From Lingula anatina (Eukaryota > Animalia > Brachiopoda), in NCBI GenBank assembly GCA_051362555.1, contig CM120645.1, forward strand, positions 2,542,001-2,606,000: a stretch of DNA of 64,000 nt, written 5' to 3'. Shown here piece by piece: positions 25,001 through 40,044 of the stretch. The translations under genes were made by a program, and so were the position numbers. The notes beneath the pieces were generated by a model. That model was not told the origin of the DNA, did not search any database, and was given only the letters and a program-made list of their open reading frames with translations. Each line of letters begins with the position of its first letter. Position 1 is the first letter of the stretch.

Positions 25001-28000
25001 GCTGCTGAAGGGCAAACTTCCATTAGAGAAGAGCAGGGATAGATGAAATCCTCCATTAACACACCATTTTAAAACAAATCCACAGGTGCTGATGAGCCTG
25101 TTCAACCAAGTGTGAATGGTTTCCTTGTAAACAACAATACTGGAGTGCAGAAATCCTGATATGCACACACATGCAATGTTTTTTCTCCCCTCAGCAATTA
25201 TTTTATCATAATTTCTACTTTCTTCCCCTGTTTAACAACATATGATTACCATGCTGACCAATTGATGACATGCACAGACATGTACGCAGGTGCTTGATAG
25301 TAGGGAATCACAGTGAGCTGTACAGTAGGGTCTAAGTTTGTCTGGGGTAGCGCTAACATTCGCCAATTTAGCCAAATGCTAAAACTGACTTAAATTGGCT
25401 AAAGAAAAAGGGCCTGATTTGACATGTTTTAGCCAAATTATAACCATTTTGATAACAAATTGACAAAAATGTGGTGATTTGTCTAAGCGAAAAAAATTGC
25501 TAGCGCTACCCCATTTGGTGATTGTATGCCCCCTTCAATACCTGTGGCAAATAAGTGGATATCCTCCTCATAGCTCTCAGTACATTAAGTTGTTAGTTAA
25601 ATCTTTGAGTGTCACCATTGTTTACTTGAAACAAAATCACAAAATCAATTGGGATATTTGGATAATTTAGAAATGTATACATATACTGGGTGTGACATAA
25701 ACAGCAGCAAGTTGCATTTCAAAATGCACGTTTCAATGGAATTGCTGTTAGTTATTAAACCACGTCTGATCACATGCTGATTGTTGATTGCAACTAATCA
25801 GTTAACAAGGTCTCGGGTTTGGCATATTAATATATTAATATAATCTGTTATTTGTAGATATGTATAATGTGAAATGAAATACGGTAAACATGTCACATGA
25901 ATGTTAATGAAGTCAGTTGACGGGGTAAAGGTTTATGCATTAAGGAGGGGGGTTAATTTGTTTAAAAAAAAGAAAGAAAAAATATTGCCACCTCTTTTTT
26001 TTACTATTTTTTCCACTTGTGCCTTACAGTGTTCAACGTGGCCACATTTAGCAAATGCTTATATCTTGACTTTGCTAGCAAAATTCATGTCCTATTTGTA
26101 GCCATATATATCTCAGGATTGGTTTATAAATTTTAAGTGCCTAACTAAAATGATCCAGTTCTTGAAATTCAAAGAAATTTTATCCCAGAATTGATACATG
26201 ACGTTTTCAATGGAAAGTTTGAAGTATCACATAATTGATTTGGAACATTTGGAAATGAAGCTATCACTTTCATAGTGCTGTAACAGAAGGTTGGTTAAAA
26301 AAAAAAAAAGAAAAAACAATGTCATTGTAATTATATTAACAGTGCCAAAGAGCTTTCAGAAGTTACCCAGGGCCTGGATCACATTGACGTACGATGCCAT
26401 TGTTGATGATGTAATTGTTAATGATGTCATTTTTGATGATGTCATTGTATAGCACCAGCTCACTCTTCATTGACCATCCTGTATGTTATAACTGTCAGTG
26501 CCTTGATATTGTTGCTTCATGTATTGGGATGATACTTCAGTTTGTCATGTCAGAGTGTTATAACTTTTAATCTGTTATTCATGTTTATTATGTCATATTG
26601 CAACTTTGGTGATTTTGTAACATGTATTGGCTGTCAATTTATGAAATTCCACTGCCTAACAAACAATTTGATGAACAGAATCTCAAATTGAAAATAAAGA
26701 ATACTGGTTTCTTGTTCATATTGCACAAACTTTTTATTGGTCAGGAATTTTAATGATAGAACTGCAGTGACTGAGAAAAATAGTAATCTTAGAAGGAAAT
26801 ACTGTAGGTAGCACCCAAACTTTTTCTTGGTCTAGAAATTTTTTTGCAGTCTAATTTTTTATGACATTTTACTTAAGATGTAATGTTTGCCCCCTCCTAC
26901 AAAAATAACGGGTGACCTTGACTATTATCATCGGTTTGGGAGTAGGATGACTGTCTTGTTTATAATGTGTCACATGATGTGGAGTTGGGGGTAACGGTTT
27001 GTGAACTGTGATCTGTTATGCAAGTTGACAAAAATAGCTACAATACATAGACCTTTATTGTTTAACTAATAAGATATATGAAAGGATGATGACCTGTTAA
27101 AGTTCTGAATTGCAATGGCCCCCCAAAGATAGATTAATTGCACCGTAACAAAAAATAGATACATGTTGGTGAGCATATTTATTTGTAATTTGATAACGTA
27201 GTTTTGAGAACAGAAAGATTGTTATATACGGAAAATGTAGTAAAAAGATACTATAATATGTATTTTATTAAAAATAAATTGGAAAAATTATTCAGTTGGA
27301 ATTTGATGATGCTCTTATCCCCTAGAGTCACGCTGAGCATTCAGGGTGTGGTTTTTGTCATCAAATCTGAACAAATATCCGGAAACCTTCCTAAACTCGG
27401 AAAACTTTGTTGATGAAATGTTTACTCAATCACTCGTGTTGTTCCAAGAATTTCAGATAAAAATATGAATGTAATGCATGGTTCACATTTTATCATGTTT
27501 GTGATGTAAACTTGTTTGTGAGAGATAGCAGCTGATTGTGTCTGACCCACCATGATGTGCTGATATTGGCCTATTTGTAGTCTCTTGATTTATCCTGTGA
27601 TCCTCTCCTATCTTGTGCTGGGTCCTCCCCTCCCTCCCCACTCCTCCTCCTCCTCCCTCTCTCTCTCTCTCTCTCTCTCATACACACACACACATGGGCA
27701 TGTGCATATATGCACACACATATATACATGAGCTTTCTGGTACACAAACACACTTGCTGTATGTGTAAATTTACATGCAAACTCACAAACAACAAGCTGT
27801 TATCACTATTCAGTGAGTCAGTGTGACTTTTATATTGATAATGGAGAATAACATTTTTTTCTAAACCAGTTTGGCTAATAATTTGCTAAATTTTGAATTA
27901 AGGTAAATAGAATTAAACATTACCAAACCTCAATATACATACTAGTAGATATCAGATGCTATGCAGTTTTTTAAGGCGCCCCATCCTACACTGAATATTT

Positions 28001-28767
28001 CAATATATATCAATATGAATACAAAGCTCAAGCGCAAAAATAAAAAATTGAGGATTTTCAGTATATTTCTATTTGTTAATAAAATGTCTCAGTAAGTGAT
28101 AAAAATATGAATAGTGTCCAGTCTAAAGACACTTCATACAGACACATATATCAGAAAACAGACATTACAACTTCAAGGGGGAAAGTCTTGTGGCCACATA
28201 TTTTTGGTCGTGAAAAATATCCAGAGAGCACAGCTTTTTGACCCTAGTTAAGACACCAAAAAACTTGGCATTTATGGCAATTATTCATTGAGATTGAACA
28301 AAGAATTATGTTCTTCGGTGCAATTTTCTGTGAATAAAATTTTTTTCAAGTATTAATGGAATATTGCTGAAAAGTGACATTACTTCAAGTCAGAAAATAC
28401 AGAGTTTTTCTCTTTGTATATCAAATTGATTAATTAATCTAGTAAAAATAGTAAAATGACTGCAGTGAGTGAGTTTTTTGAAAATTTCAAGCAATTATCA
28501 TCCTGTGTCATTTCAGCCTCTCCCATTCTTGTGGCTATAGTTATGAATTCCACACAAGATAGTCAAATCCTCAGACCAAAAAAAAAAAAAAAGAAAAGAA
28601 AGAAAGAGAAGCAATGTAAAAAAATTCACGTTTTGGCAATTATCGTGGCAGGAGTTTTAGGATTATGTTTAATGGTCACTTGACACCGGTGGAATGCAGG
28701 GTAGATGACAAAAATTATATTTTTGGTCACTTAGTCCAGAGGTCAGATAAAGGTGGCAGTTGGTAAT

Positions 28768-28798
<31 letters not shown>

Positions 28799-30268
28799 GT
28801 ACATTTCAGCTTTGAAAAGTCAATGCCCTGCACCCATTTTGAAAGAGATTTTAACCTTTAAAAAATGTATTCACATCTTGACCATCTGTAAAAAAATTAA
28901 TATTTGATACTGTACAACACAAACTCTGCATCCATAATTAGATCCACTTTAATTGTGCAGAACTAATGATAAGACATCTGTGAACAGATCGAATCAATGG
29001 TAGAAGTAGATGCAGATTGACCATCTTACATGTGCAGGAACAAAATCTTAAATTTATCTCATGCTGTAAAAGAAATGTAAATAACCAAATACATAAAAGT
29101 TGATTTGTGTAATTGTCATTTATAAAGAATACAAAAGATTTAAAGTAGATTTTAAGTCAACTTTTTGCAGATTAGATGAACATCATTGCTGTCTGGTAAG
29201 CCAAGCAGGGGGATGATTTTAGGGTGTAGAGAGTTGGTATATGTTTACCAGCAATTATAGGGGAGTCAGAAGGAACGAAGACACTATAAACTGTATATTA
29301 TAAAGTTCACACAAACAACCCGTGCCATTCTGCTATGATTACAGTTATATGTAGATAAAAAAGAAACAGGTACTGGGACATGTTCATTTGTGCACATAAT
29401 CAGCTTTTTGCATGCAAAATGAGCAGAAACACCTGTACAATAAAAGGTGTATCCCTGTGTGGAATGTAAATGACCAGTTGTGGACATTTGGAGAGACAGG
29501 TGACAGGGCAGCGCTTGGACGTGGTCACTGCTTTGGACATAGCGGTCAGTGCAAGGACATCTTTAGCAATGCATGGATTTTTATCTCAGTCTGCCTTTTT
29601 TTTTGCCTGTGTTAAAAGTTGTTTGTTTCTTTAAAAGAACTTATTTGTGTGATCGTTTGCTCCATTATTTGCTTCTTTATTTATTTATCTTATTTATTCA
29701 TTTATTCTGAAATCCTTCATTCATTCCTTAATATCTTATACCAAAGCATCTGCTTCTTCCCCAGTAACAGATGTTCAAGCACCTGTTATGAAAAATCCCA
29801 CCTTCCATAACAGCAGGAGATCTGGCCCTTCCTGTGAACTAAATGTCCATCTCTCTATCACTGTAATGGTCAAGGAAATTTCCTGTGCTGACCACATCAC
29901 TGGTGTGCTATCAGTACCATTGGTGGTCTTCTCTACTTTGTATGTCTTCTGATCACTTCCTGCAGTTACCACAACATATTTCACTCTGGTCTGGTATTAC
30001 TCATCACCTCAGACATGCTTCTCACATCTTCTCCTCTCTCTCTCTCTCTCCTCCCCCCCCCCCCCCCAAAAAAAGAATATATATTTATTAATAAATGAAA
30101 GAAAAACAGTGAATAGATGAATAAAAGTACCAAGAATGAGTAAATAATGAAGAAGTTAATAAATGGATCGATGAATTAATGAGTTAATTGATTAATTAAA
30201 GGCATACACAAATGTTATATTATTTTACTATTCCTGTATATGTGTTATTTGTCGGCTACACACACACA

Positions 30269-30319
<51 letters not shown>

Positions 30320-33300
30320 AGGCACAAAAAAGGGAGAGAATTTGCAAAATAATCCTGTTGGCCAACAACTTTGTCTTATGTCATGTTTTTGACAGTTTCA
30401 TGAGATAAGAAGTTCAGGGACTTCCTCCTCCGCCTCCCATTTCCCTCACCTGCGGTTGTCTGGAGTTAGGGCCCTGAGGAGTTTGTCAGAGTTTGATTAT
30501 TTATGATATCTTTTATATTTGCTCATTGCATGGCAGTGCATATATATTTCATCTGTTGTTTTTTTTTTTTTTTTTTTTTTTTTTGTTTTTTAATCATGGA
30601 GGAAGTGTTTCGTGGTAATTTATCAAGAACTATAAATAAATAAGTTGTTAGGTTGATGAAGAAGAATGATGATTTTAACAAATGAATGTAAATGAAAAAG
30701 TGAAAATGAAAAGTCATGGGACATATTATATTTTCAAAAAAGAGCAGACAGAAAGCTCTTATTTCTCCCCATCACTCACAGAACATACTTGTATGTTATT
30801 ACTCATCAGCCAATGTTGAACAGGGACCACGAGAAAGAGATGAAAGTAAGAGAGAGAGAGAGAATACAGCCCCCCCCCCCCTTAAAATGTTATTGTATTA
30901 CTCATACAAGTCTATACTGTATTTGTGGTCAGACAATTCCTAACCACAGACAAGGCTCACTTCTCCATTCTTGTCCTGTGAGACAATGACTTATCTTCCC
31001 GAATTAAATTTCCAGTATGTTTTCATATGTGATGGTATATTACTCATCATTTGGAGAAAAAGGGTAATTTTTATTCAAGAAAATGTATCATACACTGAAC
31101 TGAAACTGCAAATTGCACCATACAGCTCATCAACTTTTTTTTTTTTTTTTGGAGGGGGGATTTTTGATGCATGACTTGATTACTTTATTGTGCAAAGTCA
31201 TTGCTGCTTTGTTAAAATATTTTCAAAATGTCAGCATCTTTCATCATTGTCATCTTCATACATGTACAGACTGATGGATGTTGGCTGTTGAAAATTTAAA
31301 AAAATATATAAAAAAATATATTGCCCTTCTTTATAAATCTATGGAGTTTTGACTTCGGCATGTCTGTGGTAACGGTAAAAAGTCAAACGGTTGATTGGAA
31401 TTCCTTGGTGGTAACTGTGCCAGAATGGGATGACTTCCATATCTTTAGAATGGGCAGGTCTAAGTGCAGGCCAAAAGAATGCAGACTAAAGACCAGAATA
31501 ATGCAGACTATATGTTGTGTAGAAGAAGTTAACTACCGGGTGCTGCCAGTATTTCCCTATTATAATTATCTAATTTGGTCTTTTCGATTAATGTGTGTAT
31601 GCCTGTGTATTTGTGGCAAAAAAGGGGCATATAATCTTAAATTTTGTGGCAGGTGGTTGAGAAATATTGCAGCATAGTATTATGGTGTATAAAAAGATGC
31701 CAGATGTCAATGATATTCAATAATCTCTCCATGTCAGATGCCAGTGTGGTCTGTTGGAAGATGTGACAATGTGGTAATCGGAGATAAACTTCATGCCAAA
31801 AATGTGACAGTTGGTAGAGAAACCTGTTTTAAATAAACAACTGAAGTCAAAATCTAGTAATATGTGACAGTGAAAGGATGGGGGTTCCCCCCCCCCCCCC
31901 CTACTACGCCTTTTCTTGGCAAAAATGTGCTTTTTAGTGTAATGACTTACTTGTAGTTAGAAAGTGCATGTGCGTGTGGGCACTTGCATGTGGCCGTGTG
32001 TGTATTGACACAGATTATATATATTAGAGTGACATTTCTCTTGTTATTAAATAAAGTCCTTTTCTCTCCCAGTGTCCCCGAGTAAACCCTTCCTGTAATT
32101 ATCTCTGTGCTCCATAAATTTCATGATTTAGCTAACTGACACTTGTATCTCATTTTGTGTCTCAGTTCACAGGATTGTCAGATGCAAATAAGAATTTATT
32201 TTCTCAGCAGTTCATTAATTTTGTAGCAGTACAAGAATTGAATTTCTAACCGACATTAAGGTTTGGGAAACAAGGTTTGGTTGTTAACCAGATCATGTTT
32301 TTAAAGGGTTTGTCCCTATTAATAGGAAGATATGAGAGGAGTGAGGGTCAATCCCAGGCTTCTAAATGATTCTGTTGTGGTTGGTTGAGAAAACGTTTGT
32401 TGTTAGAGAAAATCATATTTCTTATTTAGCCATGTGTTTTCTGTACATCCTTGGTGGAAAGAGAGTTGTATATATCACTGTTATCCTGTACATCATACAT
32501 TTTGGCAGAGCAATGGAACTTGACTTTTTTTCATGGATTGGAGAAATTACTCTGATATGTCTAGACAACACTGCTTTGAGGTTTTTTTAACAGTAACAGT
32601 CTTTGATAAAAAATTGTGAATCATGATATCTGCCTTAAGAAAGTTTGTGGGGGATTTTGATGGATTGGAGAAATCGCTTTGATATGTCTTATACATCACT
32701 GCTCTCTGTTTTTATGTACAGACACAGATGTGTCTGTACATATTGCCATCACCTGCGTCTGTCGTCGCCGTCGCCGTCGCCGATCATGTCGCCGTCGCCG
32801 TGCACTTTCAGCGTTAACACCATAAGTGGAAGACAGTTTTACTTTTTGGCTTTATATTTACAGAGCTGACTAATATTCATAAAACGCAGGGCAAGTTCGA
32901 AAATCAGCATGATCGGGCCATTATTGTAGAATTTATGCTGTTTTTGCACTTTTTAGCATATGTGCAACACTGTTAACACATTTCAAGGAAAACCGATAGG
33001 CCTGTTGTCATGAAACTCACAGGAGTAATCAATCTTACTAAAATGCAGGTCAAGTTCGAAAATCGGCATGATCTGGCCACTATTTTAGTAGTTATGCTGT
33101 TTTTTTTTCACTTTTCAGCATATGTGCAACACTGTTAACACATTTCAAGGAAAACCGATAGACCTGTTGTCATGAAACTCACAGGAGTAATTAATCTTAC
33201 TAAAACGCAGGTCAAGTTCGAAAATCAGCATAATCAGGCAATTATTTTATACGTTATGCTGTTTTTTCACATTTCCTCAGATTCAATTCTTAGGCATGTT

Positions 33301-36300
33301 AACAGTCTCATTATTTAACTAATAAGATTCGTAAAAGTGTTTGTTTGACATTTCCTGCATCTTTACAACATTGTTAGTTGATTATATAAAAATGATGGTA
33401 AACTTGTTATCATGTATTGTATAATAGAGTTTCAAAAATGGAAATAAACTCATATCATTGCAGTTTGTCAGATTCATTCATTCACTATGTTCAGAAACTC
33501 AGAATGGAGGAAATTGGACATTAAACACTGTTCTATTGATATTTTTCCCATCTCATCAATTTTCTTAGTTGATCATGTATAAATGGCAGTAAATTGTTAA
33601 TTTTGTTATATGTTGAAAAATTGTTAAAAATGGAAAAAAACACATTTCAGGACAGTGCTGTCTTGTCTACATTTTGGCATTTTCAAGGTGTGACTTTGAA
33701 GTTCCTTGGGCCTGAAGACCTTTGCTAGGAACATTTTCTGAATATCCATGATACTAATATTTTATTATTAAAAATTGATGGTAATTATCCTGTTAAACAT
33801 TATGTAATATTGCATCAAAATTTGAAGAAACCCCTATTTTGGACACTGCTCCCATGATGACCATTTAAGGAAAACCATGTCACTTACTGTTCTCAAACTT
33901 ACAGGAAGAAACATGGGACTTAAATAAAGCTTCAGTGGGCAATGCAGTCTATTTGGTAAATTTTTTTGGCAGTTAATCAGTTTTTTGTGAAAATTTAATT
34001 TTTCACATATTGGCATTTTCAAGGTGTGACTTAAGAACCTCCACGAGCTTGAAGACCCATGCTAATCACATTTTCTGAAAATCCATGATATGGATCTTTT
34101 ATTATTAAAAACTGATGGTCATTATGCTGTTAAGCATTACGTAATATTGCATTAAAATAGAAGAAAACACAATTTTGGGTGCTGCTGCCATGATGACCAT
34201 TATGGAAAAACCATGTTACTTATGATTGTCAAACTTTCAAAAAAGAAACAAAGGAATAAAATGCAGCCTGAGTTGGAAAAGCAGTCTAATTGGCTTCTTT
34301 TTCTGAAGTTATACATTTTAGTGAAATATTCATTTTTATCATGTTGGCATATTCACTGTGGGACTTGAAGCTCCCATGGACATGAAGCCAAATGGTAATC
34401 AAATTTTTTACATGTCCATGCTATTTATAGTCAATAATCAAAAATTGGTGATAATTATTCTATAATTTATTATGTAATGTTACATCAAAATTGACAAAAA
34501 TCTTTTTGCACTGCTACTACAAACATTATGAAAAGAAAACTGTGTTACTTATTATTATTTTCAACTTACAAGTATGATTCTTAGGATTGGCATGCAGTTC
34601 AAATAAGAAAGCCAGCTCAAATGGGTTATCATTTATTATTGAATTTAAGCAGTTTTATGTGAAATTTTCATTTCTCTCATTCTGGCATTTTCAAAGTGTG
34701 AACTTAAACTCCCATGGGCCTGAAGCCTCACGCTTGTTACACATTTCACTTACATTGGTATTACCTGTTGAGCATAATTAAAATTTGATGTTGAATTTGC
34801 AGTTAAGCATAATGTACTTTTGCATCAGAATTGACAGTAGCCTGTTTTGTGCATTGTTATTGTCTGCTTTTTGTCTGTACATTTGACAGCTTTGCTGCCT
34901 TGTTGTTTTTTAACAGTAACCCTTCCTTGAGAAGATTACAGCACTGTACAGAAAAATTAAATAATAGATAAACAATGACGGTCTTAATTTCTAAGTTAAA
35001 AAAATTAGTTAATGGTATCCTTTTTTTTTCACTTGGTTATATATTGATACTAAATTTGTCATTAGCATGTAAAAACTACAATGTACAACACACAATTTGA
35101 ACAGGGAAATAAGAAGAAAGTCTTCTTTGTTAGATTGGCACCGATTTTTGTCAGGGAATGTTTCATGCAGTTTTCTTTTGCTCTCCAGCTATGCTTCGAG
35201 TATCGCCACAAAACAACGGGGCTCTTCAGAGGGACCAATGACTCTGCTAGTTTAGTACAGGGATGAATGCCTTTTATAGACAATTTGGCGTGAAAATAAT
35301 AGATCATACAACGTGTAAGAATGTGGCTTTGGGAACTTGGGGTAAAGAAGAAAAGAAAAAAAAAGGAAAGAAGAATTCTCAACCTCTTTCGTTATTAAAA
35401 AAAAAGTGATGGGATTATTTTCCACTTTACGTTTTATCCTACCTGTAAAATTGTCTCCCATGTTTTGAGATTGATAATTTCAAAATGCACTTTACCAGAA
35501 GTAGGTAAGGAAGAAAATTACAGGGGTTGGCCGGTTGTGGAATGTTAGACTTTCAAATTATGGTGTTTTTAAGAAAAAGAACTGGATTAGGGAGGGAGCA
35601 TGTAGAGTTGAAATCAAGCAGTTTGTCTGAAACATGCATTATAAAATTGCTAGCAAATGATAATGATTATCCCCCCTGCCCCCTCCGAAAAAAAAAATTA
35701 TCTTTAAAAATTGTTCACCGTAATAGAAATTAAAACAATTGAATGATGTCTATAATCAGGTTAAGATAATGAAACTCACATGATAGAAAAGGATGGATGG
35801 ATGGATAAATGAATGGATAAGAGAGGGAGAGAGAGATCACATTGTTTGCTGAGACATTGCATTAACTAGAGTTTATTTAAAAATTCTCACATTTGGACTC
35901 AGAATTCACCATACACCCCTATGTTACAATCCGATATGATCCCATGAGAGTTTGTTGATTACTAATAGCACTAATGGTATTTTTACTGGCCAGGATGTTT
36001 ATGGCCACTACTGCTTGTGTTTATGGGGTGTATGAAGTGTTTTCCGGGGGATCCAATTTCAGGGAGATTTTTTGCTTTTCATTTTTTTTCCTGTGAAGAA
36101 TTCTAACAGTACCATACTTGACCACCTGACTGTTATACACACTCCATTTTTAAAAATGGACTTCCTTTTATGAATGAAGAAGGTCTGTAAGGTTAAACTG
36201 TGAAAAACGTGGGTTACAAAAATAATAAATCATTCAAACTTCCTAATTCTATTTAATTGTGTTTTTGTTCGTTTTAAGATATAAATTTAAGATTGTTTAT

Positions 36301-36665
36301 AATTTGTAGCTTGCAAGTGCTTGGTGTCAGTCGGTCATTTTAAGTCACTGTTTTGCTAATAGTTGTATAAAGAATTGAAATATATCAAAAGTCTTCAGTG
36401 TTCAGCTATACTTGTTATTATTTCAGCAAGAAGGTCAAAGTATTTCAAGGTCAGACTCGACCCTGGTCAAAACAGACAATTTATAACACTGATATCTGGT
36501 GAAATAACTTTATCTGACCTATGACAGACCCAGATTGGACAGGATAAACATTTCATCCATTTTCAATAATAGCAACCAAAACGTTGCCACTTATTTTCAA
36601 GTTGAAAAGTCTAAAGTTCACCTGACCTCTTACACAAGGTCCGAGTTGTAAATTACTCACCAGAC

Positions 36666-36711
<46 letters not shown>

Positions 36712-36961
36712 AGATAGAGAGAGAGGGGGGCCATAGAGAGGTTCATTGTCTGTCTGATTCTTTTATCAGACTGTAAAATCTTGAAGCATTCAGTTGAGAA
36801 ATTTATCCGAAATGTTTTGAAGTCCTGAGATCCGTATATTTCCCCGTGAAATATTTTAAGAAAAAAAGAAGAATGCAGCATTAGTGGAGTTCATTCAGGG
36901 GCTGTCTTAATATTAGTCTTCTTTTATACTGGTATACTAGTAGGTAGGAATACGTGATATT

Positions 36962-36992
<31 letters not shown>

Positions 36993-39980
36993 TGTCACAG
37001 TTTTTCCCACTCTTTGTACCCCTGGACACTGTCCACGTCTACTGTCATATCTACTTAGACTGTCATGCCTTACCTGAAATTCCTTACCCCCCCCCCCCCC
37101 CCCCCCACCTCACCTCCACAGGGTTACATTAATTGACATGTCTTAACCTGAAATTCTTTACCCCCTACACTGCACATTGCCAGGGTTACAGTAAGTGGCA
37201 TAAACTGCATTATTTGCCACCTGTTAATGAAAGCTTACCTCAGGAATTTCACCATCTAACAATAAATGTGTTGATGACAGAGAAATAGGATCACTTTGTT
37301 AATAGTAAAGGAAGGGGGGCCCATCTGTCCTATGTTATTGAATATGACCACCCCCACCACTCTGTGGTCCACCACCACCAGTCATGATATTTAACAGAGA
37401 ATCCGTGCCATTTAGAAGTAATTGCTCCCTGTGTGAAATGAAATCTTATATTAACTTCACCTCTATTCTATTATAAGATGAAATTATGATAGAGAATGAG
37501 GAACACTCCACTGTCTGGCCCGGGAGGGAAGAATTTTCTCTGCCGTGTTGAGGAATCTGAGTCAGAATCTGAGTCTGGTTCCACCTCTAACCTGAGAATG
37601 TGCTGTTAATACTTAAAACGCTTGCAAAACACTTGCAAGTAAGTTGAAAACAGGGGAACCCTGCGTTGAAGCCTGATAACTGAAGGGTGGTTTGAGTTCC
37701 ATAACACTCCAAAATAGACTGAACTAATAGCAACCGATAGGAGCTTGATTAAATACTGTCTGGAGGAGAGAAAATAAACACGGCTATAAAACTTTCGTTT
37801 ACTGTGTTTAAAGCTTGATTTATTGCTACAGAAAACAAACAGAGTTATAAAACTCTGGTTTCATTAGTACACTTGCACTTCAGTTTTTTTTTACAGATCC
37901 CAAATATCCCCCAAAAATGTAAAAAGGGTACTTTTAGTTCTGTTTCAATGTTTTTTTTTTTTTTTTTTCACAATGTGTATGGTATAAATATGTGTAAGTG
38001 TACGACCCTATTCCCAGAGATTAGTTCGATCCAACTAGATCAACCTAACTCCTTGGGGGTTCACGTTAAATAGCTGTCAGCCAAGCGGGCACGAAAGTTA
38101 ATTGCCCCCTTACAGCTTGTAGTAGGGGGGACAGACATTTAAGCCGGATTATCTGACAGTAATCTAGTGAGACTCCTTACGGGAATAGATTGATCTAAAA
38201 TCTATGGGAATGCGTCCTAAGTGCGATTATATTCCTGACCCTTGCTGGCAGTCCATTTGTTCCCTTAATCAACTCTTCCAATTAATCACCATGCTAACCA
38301 CCATGCTAACCACATTAACTTAAACATTATGCACTGAGTGATTAGAATTAAGTCATTTTCTTCTGACAATAAGTCTGGAATATTGAGTTTTGCAAGAAGT
38401 TAAAATAATGCTAGATCAGCTGCAACCATGGCTCTATTTCAAGAAAATTAAAAACTATGGGATCAAAGTCTGGATAAAGAACAGTTTTAGTGTCTGTATA
38501 TTACTTGGGGTTGGGGTTGGGAGGCAGTAAAACAGTTACAGCTAACTTTTACTGCTACGTTACTGGTGCTTATGCACTGTTGCCTCCCAAAATCTTTCAA
38601 GATTGTTGGAGAAATTTGTGTGTGAAATATTGCAGTGGTGTTAATGTGTCTTGAGCTCTGGGTCTCCCACCCACAGTGTACTGGGCTAATGTAATACTGT
38701 TGATCTTGGGCTGTAAAATTACCTCACTGAGAATGAGTACTCGTGCACTAATGTCCTAAAGTAGTTACAAAGAAAAATAATTGGAAGTGTATTCCCCCTC
38801 CCCTAAAAAAAAAAAAAAAAAAACCCTTCACAATGATATGTTTGAAATATGAAATTGTATATTTGATAAAATTGTTAGTTTACCCAACTGAAAAAAAAAC
38901 AGAAAATTGAAAGTGTTCATATTATCCCCTTATCCACTTGGGATGAGTTCACAACTTCACATAAGATAGGGATGAGTTCACTTGGGATATGGATGATTTC
39001 ACGTGGGATAGACAGGAGAGTTACATGAGAGAGAGATGAGTTCACTTGGGATAGGGATGAGTTTATGCTGGGTAGGGATGAATTCACATGTGGTGGGACT
39101 GGACCTTTGTTAAGTCCAATAGAGTATAGTTACATTTGATGATTTCTTTAGCAGAGTGAAGGCTGTTATGAAGTACTTTTAACATATTTAAAAAATGCAA
39201 TTTTTGTGGCTGTAAGTGGGGTTTTTTTTGGGTATTTATATATTTTTCCAAGTAACTTGAAATTTATATGCCTCACCATTGAAATTTAGAAGTTAAATTG
39301 TTGTAAGGCAACCTGAGACATGTTAAATTTTTAAAAGTCATGCAAAGCTTGCTGCATGACTGATCTGGAACCATTCTTTATTTGAACTAAGTAGAATTGT
39401 GGTCTTGTGTCTGACATTTTTAAAATGTCTTTGACGCTGAATTAAGTGTTGAGTAACTTCATCTAATTTTCAGGTGGTCCTAGGGGTTTCAATTGCTTTT
39501 GTTTTCCTGTTTTGTGGCTTTTGCATCTATTTCTGTGCTCAGTTATGTTACTGTGAGTGATGGCCACCCAGTCAGAATATGCGTGGCTTAGTTAAAAGAA
39601 AAAAAACAAAACAACTGTAGACACTTGTGTTTGAAATTTGATCCAGTTTTTAAACTGGGCTGGGAAATTTTAGCCATATACTGATCATATTCTAATTTTT
39701 GGAGAAAAATGTTGGATTTTTTTTTCATTGATTACATAATGTGATATGATATAGGTTTCCATTAACTTTATCGATGTTTTATATGATTTTTCATCCAGAA
39801 ACCTAAATATAATATCATAGTATAAAACAATAATTTAAGTTAATAGAAAAATTAATATCCCTTATTTGTTTCCAGACCCAGGGACTGTTGTGGGAACAGG
39901 AGCTGTACAATGGGTTCAAGTACAAGACTCCCCGGCCTTACTTCCATACCTTTGATACTGATGTAAGTATACTCCACCAA

Positions 39981-40044
<64 letters not shown>

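Noticed and set aside
29775-29984. 69-aa minus-strand ORF as part of a nested gene
   Set aside because: Non-ATG start, no recognisable domain and no convincing splice sites.
32880-34760. Regularly spaced conserved motifs that might suggest a CRISPR-like array
   Set aside because: The sequences between motifs are homologous to each other (true tandem repeats of ~160 and ~337 bp), the context is eukaryotic and there are no cas genes.
37471-37591. Possible antisense terminal exon (LEVEPDSDSDSDSSTRQRKFF...) in WASP intron 2
   Set aside because: The protein-like look comes from a 12-bp tandem duplication, and no partner exons could be linked to it.
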